Shown here in pieces: positions 16,497-25,498 of a stretch of 64,000 bases of DNA. Origin of the DNA: a bacterium. GTDB lineage: Bacteria > Actinomycetota > Acidimicrobiia > Acidimicrobiales > Bin134. Positions within the stretch are counted from its first letter, which is position 1. Every line of letters begins with the position of its first letter. A program made the translations under genes and the position numbers. Where the stretch lies: positions 6,100-70,099 of the forward strand of contig JAPPAP010000017.1 in assembly GCA_026705465.1 (NCBI GenBank), read 5' to 3'. Under the pieces are notes generated by a model. It was not told where the DNA came from. It saw nothing but the letters and a program-made list of their open reading frames with translations, and did no database searches.

Positions 16497-17609
16497 ATGG
16501 AGTTCGCGATGTTCTACGAGATTCCGGTGGCCCGGCCCTGGACTCGTGAGAGCGAGTACAACGCCTACCAGAACACCATCGAGCAGGCCGTTCTGGGCGA
16601 CAAGATGGGCTTCCACTCGTTTTGGACGGTGGAGCACCACTTCTTGGAGGAATACTCGCACTGCTCCAACCCCGAGGTGCTGTATGGCCACATCGCCGCC
16701 CTCACCGAGAACATGCGGATCGGCTATGGCGTGCGCCTTCTGCCCAAGCCCTACAACCACCCGGTGCGCACCGCGGAGTCGGTGGCGGTGCTCGATCTGA
16801 TCAGCAACGGGCGGGTGGAGTTCGGCACCGGCCGCTCGTCCACCCGGGCCGAGCTGGAGGGATTCAACATCCACCCCAACGAGACCCGGGCCCAGTGGGA
16901 CGAGGCGCTGCGCCACATCGTGGGCTGCTGGACCAACGACGAGTACGAGTTCGAGGGCGAGTACTGGTCGATGCCCAAGCGCCGGGTGCTGCCCAAGCCC
17001 CGCCAGGATCCCCACCCGCCCATCTGGGGGGCCACCAGCTCGGTGCCCGGCCACTACGAGATCGGCAAGCGGGGCATCGGGCTGTGCTCGTTCACCGTGG
17101 GCCAGCCGCCCGAGGACTTGGCCGAGCGGCTCGAGGCCTTCCGCAAGGGCCACGCCGACTGCGACGAGCCGGTGGGGGCGTTCCGCAACGAGCGGGCCGC
17201 CACCTTCACCATGGTGCACTGCAATGAGACCAACGAGAAGGCCCGGGCCGCCGCCGAGGAGTCGTTCGTGTGGTATCCGGGCTACGGGGGCGGGCTCATC
17301 GCCTCGGTAGCCGACTACCTGGCCGACCTGGAGGTGGCCGAGCTGGGCACCTACGAGTACACCGGCGATGCGGCCAAGAGCCGCGACGAGGGGCTTTTGG
17401 GCCAGATCACCATGGACTACATCTGGGAGTCGGGCGCCGGGGTGATAGGCGACCCAGACCGCTGCGTGGAGATCGCCAAGCGCTACGAGGCGGTGGGCTG
17501 CGACCTGCTGTTCTGCCTGTTCAACCCGTACAAGATGGCCCACGAAGATGTGATGACCTCCATCGAGCTCATGGGCAAGTACGTGATCCCGGAGTTCAAG
17601 AAGGACTAG
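16497..17609 (+). CDS. LLM-class (luciferase-like) flavin-dependent monooxygenase
   Basis: The sequence MEFAMFYEIP...GFHSFWTVEHHF... is present. The start is taken at ATG 16497 inside ORF 16428-17609. Confidence 0.85.
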   Translation: MEFAMFYEIPVARPWTRESEYNAYQNTIEQAVLGDKMGFHSFWTVEHHFLEEYSHCSNPEVLYGHIAALTENMRIGYGVRLLPKPYNHPVRTAESVAVLDLISNGRVEFGTGRSSTRAELEGFNIHPNETRAQWDEALRHIVGCWTNDEYEFEGEYWSMPKRRVLPKPRQDPHPPIWGATSSVPGHYEIGKRGIGLCSFTVGQPPEDLAERLEAFRKGHADCDEPVGAFRNERAATFTMVHCNETNEKARAAAEESFVWYPGYGGGLIASVADYLADLEVAELGTYEYTGDAAKSRDEGLLGQITMDYIWESGAGVIGDPDRCVEIAKRYEAVGCDLLFCLFNPYKMAHEDVMTSIELMGKYVIPEFKKD

Positions 17610-17669
17610 GTGGCGCCTTGACCGCCAACTACCTGTACATGAAGAGCTAACCGCAGACTGGAGGCGGCC

Positions 17670-18644
17670 ATGGCCCTGCTCAACATCCGCTACGACTTCC
17701 GGTGCCCGGACATCTGCCCGGTGCCGGTGGAAGAGCTGTACCACGCCGCCATCGAGCAGGCGGTGTGGGCCGAGGACTTGGGCTTCGTGTCGGTGACGCT
17801 GTCGGAGCACCACGGCTCCGAAGACGGCTACCTGCCCTCGTTGGTAGCGCTGGCGTCGGCCATCGCCGCTCGCACCGAGAACATCCACATCATGCTGGCG
17901 GCGTTGATCGCCCCCATGCACGACCCGCTGCGGATCGCCGAGGATCTGGCCGTGCTCGACCGGATCAGCAGGGGCCGCATCAGCGTGACGGTGGCCGGGG
18001 GCTACGTGCCCTCGGAGTTCGAGATGTTCGGGTATACGACGGGCGACCGGGTGCGCCTCACTGTGGAGATGGTGGAGACCCTCAAGGCGGCCTGGACCGG
18101 CGAGCCGTTCGAGTTCCGGGGCCGCACCGTGCGGGTCACCCCCACCCCGTACCAGAATCCTCGGCCGGCCATCTGGCTGGGCGGCAGCGGCGAGCAGGCG
18201 GCCCGCCGAGCCGCCCGGATCGCGGATGGGTTCCTGCCCACCATGCCCGAGTTCTGGGACTTCTACCGCGACGAGGTCATCCAGTTGGGGCGGGATGATC
18301 CCGGCCCGGCCACCTCCGGCGGCGTCGGCTACCTGCACATCACCCACGACCCCGACGCCACTTGGGCCAAGGTCGCCCCCCACGCCCTCCATGAGATGAA
18401 CGCCTACGGCCAGTGGGCGGCCGAGTCGGGCGCCGCCACCGGCTACGAGCCGGTGAACGATGCCGACGCGCTGCGGGCCATGGGCATGCACCACCTGATC
18501 TCCCCGGCCGAGGCCATCGACATGATCAAGGCCATGGGCGACTTCGACGCCCTCATGTTCCACCCCCTCATGGGCGGCCTCGACCCCGCCGTTTCCTGGG
18601 AAAACCTCCGCCTCTTCGAGACCGAGGTCCTACCGCACCTCTAG
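17670..18644 (+). CDS. LLM-class flavin/F420-dependent oxidoreductase
   Basis: The sequences ...LGFVSVTLSEHHGSEDGY...LAVLDRISRGRISVTVAGGY... show a luciferase-like pattern. Confidence 0.85.
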   Translation: MALLNIRYDFRCPDICPVPVEELYHAAIEQAVWAEDLGFVSVTLSEHHGSEDGYLPSLVALASAIAARTENIHIMLAALIAPMHDPLRIAEDLAVLDRISRGRISVTVAGGYVPSEFEMFGYTTGDRVRLTVEMVETLKAAWTGEPFEFRGRTVRVTPTPYQNPRPAIWLGGSGEQAARRAARIADGFLPTMPEFWDFYRDEVIQLGRDDPGPATSGGVGYLHITHDPDATWAKVAPHALHEMNAYGQWAAESGAATGYEPVNDADALRAMGMHHLISPAEAIDMIKAMGDFDALMFHPLMGGLDPAVSWENLRLFETEVLPHL

Positions 18645-19906
18645 CCCTCTGAAGGGACCTGGTAGCGGTCTACATAGGGGGCGAATTGGTCGCACACTTC
18701 GTCGGCTGAGAGGCCGAATTGGTCAAGGGTGTAGCGGTGTCGTCCGAAGCGGTCTTGGGGGTTTTCGTCCATCCAGGCGGCCATCCGGCGGCGGCCTAGG
18801 TCGTCCAGCTCCATGTTGAAGTGGCGGTAGATGCGCTCCACTGAGCCCACCGGGTCGTCCATCAACTCGGCGTATTGGAGGTCGAACACGGTGTCGTCGG
18901 CCCCCTGGCGGTCCCGGAACTCGGTGCCCGCCTTGATGCCGTGGAGGCACTTGTCCCGCCAGGTTCGGCCCACCCGGGCGAAGTCCACCTGGTCGGTGTT
19001 GGTGGCGTGGAGGGTGCTGTTGAGGCTGGCCACCGACCCCACCACTTTGAGCGGGTCGCGGTGGGTCCACACCACCCGGGCATCGGGATACACCGCGTAC
19101 ACCGCGTCCATGTGCCACATGTGCCCCGGCGTCTTCAGCGCCCACCTCTGGGTCGGGATGGCAGATTGCAGCACCTGCAAGCACAGGCGGTGGAACTCAT
19201 AGGCCGGCACCATGTCGCAGGTCTCGAACCATGAGCCGTAGGAGTCGAACGTGCCCTGGGTCTCAAAGTGGATCGACTTGAACTCCCCGCCCAGCAGGGT
19301 CACGCACTCGGTGGGCAGCGTGGCCGCCATCGGGTGCATGGCCTGCACGCTGGGGGCCAGCTTGGACAACTGGCCCGAGCCCTTCACCGATTCGGCAATC
19401 CGGGGATCCTCTTTGTGGCTCGACAGGGTGGGCGGCGGGGCCACCGCGGCGGCCTCCCATGCCAGCAGCGACCGGTTCTGGGGATCGAGATCCAGCAAGT
19501 TGCTGAGCAGGGTGGTGCCGGTGCGGGGCAAACCGCTCACCACGATCGGCCCGGCAACCCGCTCCCGGGCCACCTCAGGATGCTGATTGGCCCAGTCCAC
19601 CACCCGCAGCCGCAACTGGAGCGTGGTATCGAGCAGGCCCCCCATAATCATCCGCCCAAGCTGGCTCAGGTTTCCCTCGTCGTTGACCGAGTCCACCAGG
19701 ATCTCGAACCCCTCCCGCCAACCGTCGGGCCCGAAGTCGTCGAGCTTGGCCGACTCCTGGGCCTTGCTCACCAATGCGTCGGCGTTCAACCGTCCATGTC
19801 CAGGTCGGATGCGGCGGACAGTGCGGCCATAGCCGTTCAGCGCCCGCACCACCAGGGGAAGCGACCGCTTGTCGGTGGCCCTCACGTCTCGCTTGGCTTC
19901 GCTCAT
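18641..19906 (-). CDS. Sulfotransferase family protein (Sulfotransfer_3-like)
   Basis: The PAPS-binding loop-like motif is in GLPRTGTTLLSNLL. The size is 421 aa. Confidence 0.8.
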   Translation of the reverse strand: MSEAKRDVRATDKRSLPLVVRALNGYGRTVRRIRPGHGRLNADALVSKAQESAKLDDFGPDGWREGFEILVDSVNDEGNLSQLGRMIMGGLLDTTLQLRLRVVDWANQHPEVARERVAGPIVVSGLPRTGTTLLSNLLDLDPQNRSLLAWEAAAVAPPPTLSSHKEDPRIAESVKGSGQLSKLAPSVQAMHPMAATLPTECVTLLGGEFKSIHFETQGTFDSYGSWFETCDMVPAYEFHRLCLQVLQSAIPTQRWALKTPGHMWHMDAVYAVYPDARVVWTHRDPLKVVGSVASLNSTLHATNTDQVDFARVGRTWRDKCLHGIKAGTEFRDRQGADDTVFDLQYAELMDDPVGSVERIYRHFNMELDDLGRRRMAAWMDENPQDRFGRHRYTLDQFGLSADEVCDQFAPYVDRYQVPSEG

Positions 19907-19928
19907 AGTGGCGTAGGGTAACCCCCCA

Positions 19929-20792
19929 ATGCCGGAAACCCCCCCGCCTTCGGGCGACTATCCCCCTGAGCACCACATTCTGCGCGACCTCAAGCTGGAG
20001 AGCGAGAGGCCCGAGCGAGGCCGGGCTCTCAGCTATGCCCCACTCGGCCCGGCCCTGCTGACCTCATCGGGCAATGCCCGACTCGGAGTTATCGGCGTCA
20101 CGGTCGACGCAGCAGGAGCGCTGACGGCTCTGATTGAGGCACTACCCGATCGAATCGCCACCCAGGACTTGTCGTACACCGCATCGGGCTTTGCCCGCCA
20201 GGGTCCGCTGATCGCCTCGTGTCGACTGCTACGGGCCGGCCAGCGCCTGATCACCGTGGCCGCCACCCTTGCCGATGGCTGTGGCAGCGACGATCCCAAT
20301 CAGGCTCAGCCCATCGGCGAAGCGATTCTCTCCTTCTCGTTGATCCCCAACCGGCCGGGGAACGACGACCTGTCTCACTTGCAAGAACCGGTCATTGAGC
20401 GGCGCACGATGGGTCTGGCCACCTCGGGATTCGGGAACACGGCGCTGTGGGGTGCCATCGGGCTCGACGTGGTGGACGCCGCCGCCGGCGTGGTGCAGGT
20501 GCTCATGACCGACTACGTGCGCAACAGCTTCGGCACCATCAACGGCGGGGTGATGATCATGGCGGCTGAAGCCGCTGGTGAGCTGGCCGTCCAGGAGGCA
20601 CTGGGGACACCGGTGGCCGCCATGAGCCTCAACTACCGCTTCTTGGACCAAACCCGCATCGGCCCGGCTCAAACGCAGACCACGGTGTTGCGCAACAACG
20701 ACCAAAGCGCAGTGGCCATCGTGAGGCTGATCGACAGCCAGCGCCCTCGCCTTTTGGCCGGCTACGCGGTCATCCAGTTCGCAGCGCAGTAG
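19929..20792 (+). CDS. Tandem hotdog-fold (PaaI-type) thioesterase-like protein
   Basis: The second half has ...FGTINGGVMIMAAEAAGE..., typical of PaaI/4HBT. The first half is a weaker copy. Confidence 0.6.
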   Translation: MPETPPPSGDYPPEHHILRDLKLESERPERGRALSYAPLGPALLTSSGNARLGVIGVTVDAAGALTALIEALPDRIATQDLSYTASGFARQGPLIASCRLLRAGQRLITVAATLADGCGSDDPNQAQPIGEAILSFSLIPNRPGNDDLSHLQEPVIERRTMGLATSGFGNTALWGAIGLDVVDAAAGVVQVLMTDYVRNSFGTINGGVMIMAAEAAGELAVQEALGTPVAAMSLNYRFLDQTRIGPAQTQTTVLRNNDQSAVAIVRLIDSQRPRLLAGYAVIQFAAQ

Positions 20793-20796
20793 CGGC

Positions 20797-21882
20797 TCAG
20801 GCGGTATCGGCGGCGAGGGCGTCGCCGATTCGGAGCAGTTGTGCAGTGGCTCCGCCCAGCGACAGTTCAAGGTGTTTGGCCCACACGTAGTAGCGCCACA
20901 GCGGGTAGTCGCGGTCCACACCCATCCCGCCGTGGAGGTGCTGGGCGGCGTTGGCCACCCGCTGCCCGCCGTCGGCGGCCCAGTACTTGGCCACCGCCAC
21001 CTCGGTCGATGCCTCCAACCCCTGGTCCAGCCGCCAACACGCTTGCAGGGCGGTGAGGCGGATGGCCTCGGTGTCGATGTAGGCGTCGCCCACCCGCTGG
21101 CCGACGGCCTGGAAGGTAGCGATGGGCCGGCCGAACTGCTCTCGCTCGCTGGTGTAGGCCGCGGTAATCCGCAGCGCCTCGCTCACCACTCCCACTGCCA
21201 CTGCGCTCAGCGCCGCCGTACAGCGCTGCACCAGCCACTCCACCGGCCCGGAGTCCTCGCCCAGCCGTTCAGCGGGTGCGTCGGCCAGCACGACCTTTCC
21301 CTCGACCAGCCCCGACGTAGTCTCCTGAAGCACCACCTCGATCTCAGATGCCGCTTTGTCCACCAGGAAGAGCCCGACCTTGTCGCCCGCCGATGCAGTG
21401 ACCAGGAGACAGTCGGCCTGATCGGCAAACGGGACCATCTCTTTGGTCCCGCTCAGTGTCCAGCCATCGTCCGTCTCAGCCGCAGCAACAGACGGGTCAC
21501 CCGGGTCGCGTCCCACTTCCACCAAGGCGGGCGATACCAGGACCGACCCGTCGGCCATGCCTTGAAGGCACGGGTGACTAGGGCTGAACTCGGCCACCGC
21601 CATGGCCGCCACCGGGGCCAGAAACGGCACCCGAGCGGTTGTGCGTCCAATTTCCTCCAACATCAGGCAGGTGGCTAGGAATCCCAGGCCGCCCCCGCCG
21701 CACTTGTCGGGCAGGGAGACGCCCACCAGCCCGGCATCGCTCAATTCCCCCCATACGTCGTCATCGTGGGTTGTGCCTTCGGCCTCCAAGTGCTTGTGCC
21801 GCTCAGGGGTCGACAAGTCGCCCAAGATCTGGCGGCTCAGATCGGCAACCGCCTGCTCCTGCTCGGAAAAGGAGAAATCCAC
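20797..21882 (-). CDS. Acyl-CoA dehydrogenase family protein
   Basis: The sequences ...FGRPIATFQAVGQRVGDAYID... and a C-terminal ...GGMGVDRDYPLWRYY... are present. The start is taken at GTG 21882 (VDFSFSEQEQ), because the upstream 116 codons of the ORF are W/R-rich antisense-type sequence. Confidence 0.85.
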   Translation of the reverse strand: MDFSFSEQEQAVADLSRQILGDLSTPERHKHLEAEGTTHDDDVWGELSDAGLVGVSLPDKCGGGGLGFLATCLMLEEIGRTTARVPFLAPVAAMAVAEFSPSHPCLQGMADGSVLVSPALVEVGRDPGDPSVAAAETDDGWTLSGTKEMVPFADQADCLLVTASAGDKVGLFLVDKAASEIEVVLQETTSGLVEGKVVLADAPAERLGEDSGPVEWLVQRCTAALSAVAVGVVSEALRITAAYTSEREQFGRPIATFQAVGQRVGDAYIDTEAIRLTALQACWRLDQGLEASTEVAVAKYWAADGGQRVANAAQHLHGGMGVDRDYPLWRYYVWAKHLELSLGGATAQLLRIGDALAADTA

Positions 21883-21929
21883 CGGCTCAGTGTGGCACCC
21901 CTCTGACCGGGGGGCGTATTTGAGCAAAA

Positions 21930-22964
21930 ATGGCGGCTCTGCTTCGTAAACCCACCATGAAGATCGCGATCTGGCTGCTAGCCGCGGTCGCCTTGTTCGC
22001 TGCCTGTAGCAGCGACACGCCCACTCCTGCGGCAACCTCGGCAACCACCGCTCCTGTCGAAACACCGGTCTCCCCTGCTCCCACCGCTGTCGCGACCACC
22101 GCACCACCCACGCCGCAAGCCCCGACCCCTGCTCCGGAGCCAACCGCCCCGCCCACCGCGAACCCCACCACCAGCCCGGAGCCAACCGCCCCGCCCACCG
22201 CGGCTCCCACCGCCACATCATCGGGCGCACAGCCGACGGCTTTCCCCGAACCCCCGCCTCCCGCCTGGTCGGGAACGCTGACCTATCAGGTGGTGGCCAC
22301 CCACCCCCACGACACCTCGTCGTTCACCCAGGGGCTGCTGTGGTTCGACGGCCAGCTCTACGAGAGCACCGGGCTGCGGGGACAATCGGTGCTGCGCATC
22401 ATCGAATTGCCCACTGGCCGCGTGCTCCGGGAGACCGCGGCCGATCCCCAGCACTTCGGGGAAGGACTGGCCCTGGTTGACGACCAGCTCATCTGGCTCA
22501 CCTGGCAGGCCGGGACCGCCGGGGTGTACCGCCGGGACACCCTGGAGCAAACCGGCAGCTTCGCCTACGCCAGTGAAGGTTGGGGACTGTGTCACGACGG
22601 CGATCGCCTGGTGATGAGCGACGGGTCGGACACGCTCACCTTCCGCCACCCGGAAACGTTCGAAGCCTTGGGATCGGTAGCGGTCACCCGGGCCGACGGC
22701 AACCCGGTCAACCGGCTGAACGAACTGGAGTGCGTCGGCGACCAGGTGTGGGCCAACGTGTGGCTCACCGATCGCATCGTGATCATCGACCCCGACACCG
22801 GGACGGTTGTCGCCGAGGCCGACATGGCCGGGATCATCAGCCCCCACCCCGCGTTGACCGACAGCGACAGCGTCCTCAACGGCATCGCCTACCGGCCCGA
22901 CACCGGCACGTTCTTGATCACTGGCAAACGCTGGCCCACCATCTTCGAGGTCCGCTTTGAATGA
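21930..22964 (+). CDS. Glutaminyl-peptide cyclotransferase (beta-propeller plant/bacterial type) lipoprotein with a Pro/Thr/Ala-rich linker
   Basis: The signal plus lipobox is MKIAIWLLAAVALFAAC (likely start 21957). The catalytic domain has ...FTQGLLWFDGQLYESTGLRGQSVLR.... Confidence 0.85.
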   Translation: MAALLRKPTMKIAIWLLAAVALFAACSSDTPTPAATSATTAPVETPVSPAPTAVATTAPPTPQAPTPAPEPTAPPTANPTTSPEPTAPPTAAPTATSSGAQPTAFPEPPPPAWSGTLTYQVVATHPHDTSSFTQGLLWFDGQLYESTGLRGQSVLRIIELPTGRVLRETAADPQHFGEGLALVDDQLIWLTWQAGTAGVYRRDTLEQTGSFAYASEGWGLCHDGDRLVMSDGSDTLTFRHPETFEALGSVAVTRADGNPVNRLNELECVGDQVWANVWLTDRIVIIDPDTGTVVAEADMAGIISPHPALTDSDSVLNGIAYRPDTGTFLITGKRWPTIFEVRFE

Positions 22965-23670
22965 CGTCCCGCTGGTCGCCGGAGTGGACGCGGCCAAGGG
23001 CGGCTGGGTCATGGCCGTCACCGCTACCGATCCCGGCTCGCCGGTGGCGTTCTCACTGCGCCCGTCGTTCGCCGACGTGTGGGCCGAAGCCCGATCCCAA
23101 GAACTTCTGGCCATCGGCGTGGACATGCCTATAGGACTGCCCGCCAAGGAGCTGCGCCGCTCCGACATCGAGGCCCGAGGGCTGCTCGGCCCCCGACGCT
23201 CTTCCCTGTTCTGGACCCCGCCTCTTTGCACACTCGAAGCAACCGACCATGCCGAGGCCAATCGGCTGTCGAAAGAGAACACCGGGCGAGGCCTGTCGAT
23301 TCAGGCGTTCTACTTGCTGCCCAAAGTACGGGAGGTGCGGGCTGTGCTGACTCCCGCCGACCTGGCCGCCGAAGCCCGGCCCCAAGCCGCCGAAGTCCAC
23401 CCCGAGACCAGCTTCGCGGTGCTGGCCGGTCAACCCATGTCGGCATCCAAGCGCCAACCCGCGGGACACGCTGAGCGCCTGGCTGCGCTGGCCCGGGAAT
23501 TCGACAACCTCGACACCACACCTCCATCTCTTGCGGGCGCGACCTCCGACGACCTGCTCGACGCGGCCGCCGCGGCCTGGACCGCCCGGCGCATGGCCAA
23601 CAGCACAGCACTGGTCTTGGGAGATGGCGAGGTAGACGCCACCGGCTTCTCTATGGCCATCTGGGCCTGA
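22957..23670 (+). CDS. DUF429 domain protein (predicted RNase H-like nuclease fold)
   Basis: The sequences ...VAGVDAAKGGWVMAV...GVDMPIGLP... are present. The TTG start overlaps the cyclotransferase stop by 8 nt. Confidence 0.7.
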   Translation: MNDVPLVAGVDAAKGGWVMAVTATDPGSPVAFSLRPSFADVWAEARSQELLAIGVDMPIGLPAKELRRSDIEARGLLGPRRSSLFWTPPLCTLEATDHAEANRLSKENTGRGLSIQAFYLLPKVREVRAVLTPADLAAEARPQAAEVHPETSFAVLAGQPMSASKRQPAGHAERLAALAREFDNLDTTPPSLAGATSDDLLDAAAAAWTARRMANSTALVLGDGEVDATGFSMAIWA

Positions 23671-23676
23671 CTCGGC

Positions 23677-24699
23677 CTAGGCAAGCTTCGTGTAGCCGGG
23701 GGTCTCCAGGTGGGGGGTCTTCAGATACACCTTGGCCTCCGGCGATCCCTGGAAACGGCCGTGACTCCACCGCACCTCCACGTGGCCGTCCACATGCACC
23801 GGGGTATCGGTGGCCCTCACAATGAGGTCGCCTCGCCAGCGCACCACCGGCTGCACCCTGGCCTCGGGCCACACGTCGAATGACCGGAACGCAAACCGCT
23901 GGCGGAAGTCCCAGGGAGTGTCCACCCGATAGCGCACCGGCCGGCGGCGATGATCGGTGCCCAGCACGAAATAAGGCGCAGGCTGGAGCCGCAGCAGGCG
24001 CCACAGCGCCTCTTCCCGGCTGATGGCCCGGCGGCCCAGCGCCTTGAGCCACCGCTCGGCGGAGGCTTGCGACACCGCCACCGAGAACCAATGGGCCGGC
24101 TCGGTCAACGAGTCGGGCCACCGACGGGAGAAGGGCTCCTTCAGACTCTTGTGCTGGTCGGCATTCAAGTCGGTCACCGCCGTCGGCAAGTCGTCGAACC
24201 CCTCTTCGTGGTTGGCCAAATACTCCCGGGCGGCCTGGTAGAGGGCCTGGTATTCCGCCAGGGCCACTTGGGCATACCAATCCCCCGCCGACCCCTGCCT
24301 CACCGCCAGCAGTCGCTCGAACAGATGTCCCGGCGACACGTTGTGCAACAGCCTCGACCCGTACTTGCAGCTCACCAGATACACATGGTCGATCCGCAGA
24401 TCAGCCGGAGTCTGCTCATAGGAGGGCGCCTGATGAGGCCCTTTCCACTCCACCCGCCTCGGCCGCCGGCCTCGCAGGCCGTCTTCGGCGGCAGCAAAGG
24501 CCACGCCGTTGGCCCAAGCCTCCTCGAACTGCACCCCGTACTTCCCGTCGGCCCGAGCGGCGGTCAGCTTGTCGTAGTGGCGGTGCTCCACCCCCACCAC
24601 CGCCTCGGGGCGAGTGGCCAGCGCCTCGTCCACCGACGCCAAACCCAGCATCCCCAGCCCGGTGACGATCTCGGTTATCTCGGTTCGAAGCGAAGCCAT
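23677..24699 (-). CDS. Hypothetical protein with a possible PD-(D/E)xK nuclease-like motif
   Basis: Coherent 340-aa ORF from ATG 24699 (MASLRTEITEI). The segment ...PADLRIDHVYLVSCKYGSR... resembles a D...(D/E)xK core. I do not recognise a family. Confidence 0.5.
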   Translation of the reverse strand: MASLRTEITEIVTGLGMLGLASVDEALATRPEAVVGVEHRHYDKLTAARADGKYGVQFEEAWANGVAFAAAEDGLRGRRPRRVEWKGPHQAPSYEQTPADLRIDHVYLVSCKYGSRLLHNVSPGHLFERLLAVRQGSAGDWYAQVALAEYQALYQAAREYLANHEEGFDDLPTAVTDLNADQHKSLKEPFSRRWPDSLTEPAHWFSVAVSQASAERWLKALGRRAISREEALWRLLRLQPAPYFVLGTDHRRRPVRYRVDTPWDFRQRFAFRSFDVWPEARVQPVVRWRGDLIVRATDTPVHVDGHVEVRWSHGRFQGSPEAKVYLKTPHLETPGYTKLA

Positions 24700-24832
24700 C
24701 CCCGCCCATCTTGGTCGCTGGGCTGTCGCTGTGCATGGAGCTTGGCGGGAAAGCAGGAGATTGCACCCAAGATGCGAAACCGCGCCCGATAATGGCATCC
24801 TTAGTGAGTTCCCCTGAGCCCCCCGGAGCACA

Positions 24833-25312
24833 ATGACGTTCAAAAAAGGTGACAAAGTCGTCTACCCCCACCACGGAGCAGCCACCGTGGTCAAGCGAGA
24901 GATGAAAGAGGCATTCGGAGAGAAGACCGAATACCTGGTGCTGCGCATGGCCCACGGCGAGATGGTGCTCTCCGTGCCTGTCGCCAAAGCCGAAGAAGTG
25001 GGCATGCGGTGGCCCATCTCCACCGAAGACGTGGAAGACCTGTTTGAGGTGCTCCGCAAGCGGGACGTGCGCGAGCCCGCCAACTGGAGCCGCCGGTTCA
25101 AGAACCACCAGGAGAAGCTCAAGTCGGGCGACGTCTACCAGGTGGCCGAGGTGGTGCGGAACCTGGCCCTGCGGGACCAGAACAAGGGCCTGTCAGCCGG
25201 TGAGAAGAGCCTGTTCACCAAGGCCCGCAATGTGCTGGTATCGGAGCTGAGCTTCTCACTGAACGTGTCTGAGGACGAGGCCCTCGACCGAGTGGAGGAA
25301 GCCCTGTCCTGA
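24833..25312 (+). CDS. carD: CarD/CdnL-family RNA-polymerase-binding transcription regulator
   Basis: The sequence MTFKKGDKVVYPHHGAATVV...EYLVLRM...RRFKNHQEKLKSGD... is highly characteristic. Confidence 0.95.
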   Translation: MTFKKGDKVVYPHHGAATVVKREMKEAFGEKTEYLVLRMAHGEMVLSVPVAKAEEVGMRWPISTEDVEDLFEVLRKRDVREPANWSRRFKNHQEKLKSGDVYQVAEVVRNLALRDQNKGLSAGEKSLFTKARNVLVSELSFSLNVSEDEALDRVEEALS

Positions 25313-25375
25313 CCCCTGGGCCGGAAAAACAAGCTTCTCTCCGCCACCAGGCCGACGAGTACGCTTACCCCCACA

Positions 25376-25450
25376 CGGGCTGTGGCGCAGTTTGGTCAGC
25401 GCACCTGCTTTGGGAGCAGGGGGTCGCCGGTTCAAATCCGGCCAGCCCGA
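25376..25450 (+). tRNA. tRNA-Pro (anticodon TGG)
   Basis: The cloverleaf was folded by hand. The acceptor stem is CGGGCTG/CAGCCCG, the anticodon stem-loop is CCTGC-TTTGGGA-GCAGG, and the T-arm is GCCGG-TTCAAAT-CCGGC. CCA is not encoded. Confidence 0.9.
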
Positions 25451-25498
25451 CCCCACCGACACGAAGGCCAGCGAAACCAGACCACCTAGAATGCGCCC

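Noticed and set aside
16395-18563. 722-aa minus-strand ORF spanning two LLM oxidoreductase genes
   Set aside because: It lies antisense to two well-supported genes. Its translation is dominated by G/R/H/V/P runs with no motifs, which is the typical long shadow ORF of a high-GC genome.
21883-22230. 116-codon N-terminal extension of the acyl-CoA dehydrogenase ORF
   Set aside because: The W/R-rich sequence (MRPMMWRWEPRWAGR...) lies antisense to the Pro/Thr linker of the glutaminyl cyclase gene. A GTG at 21882 gives a normal acyl-CoA dehydrogenase N-terminus.
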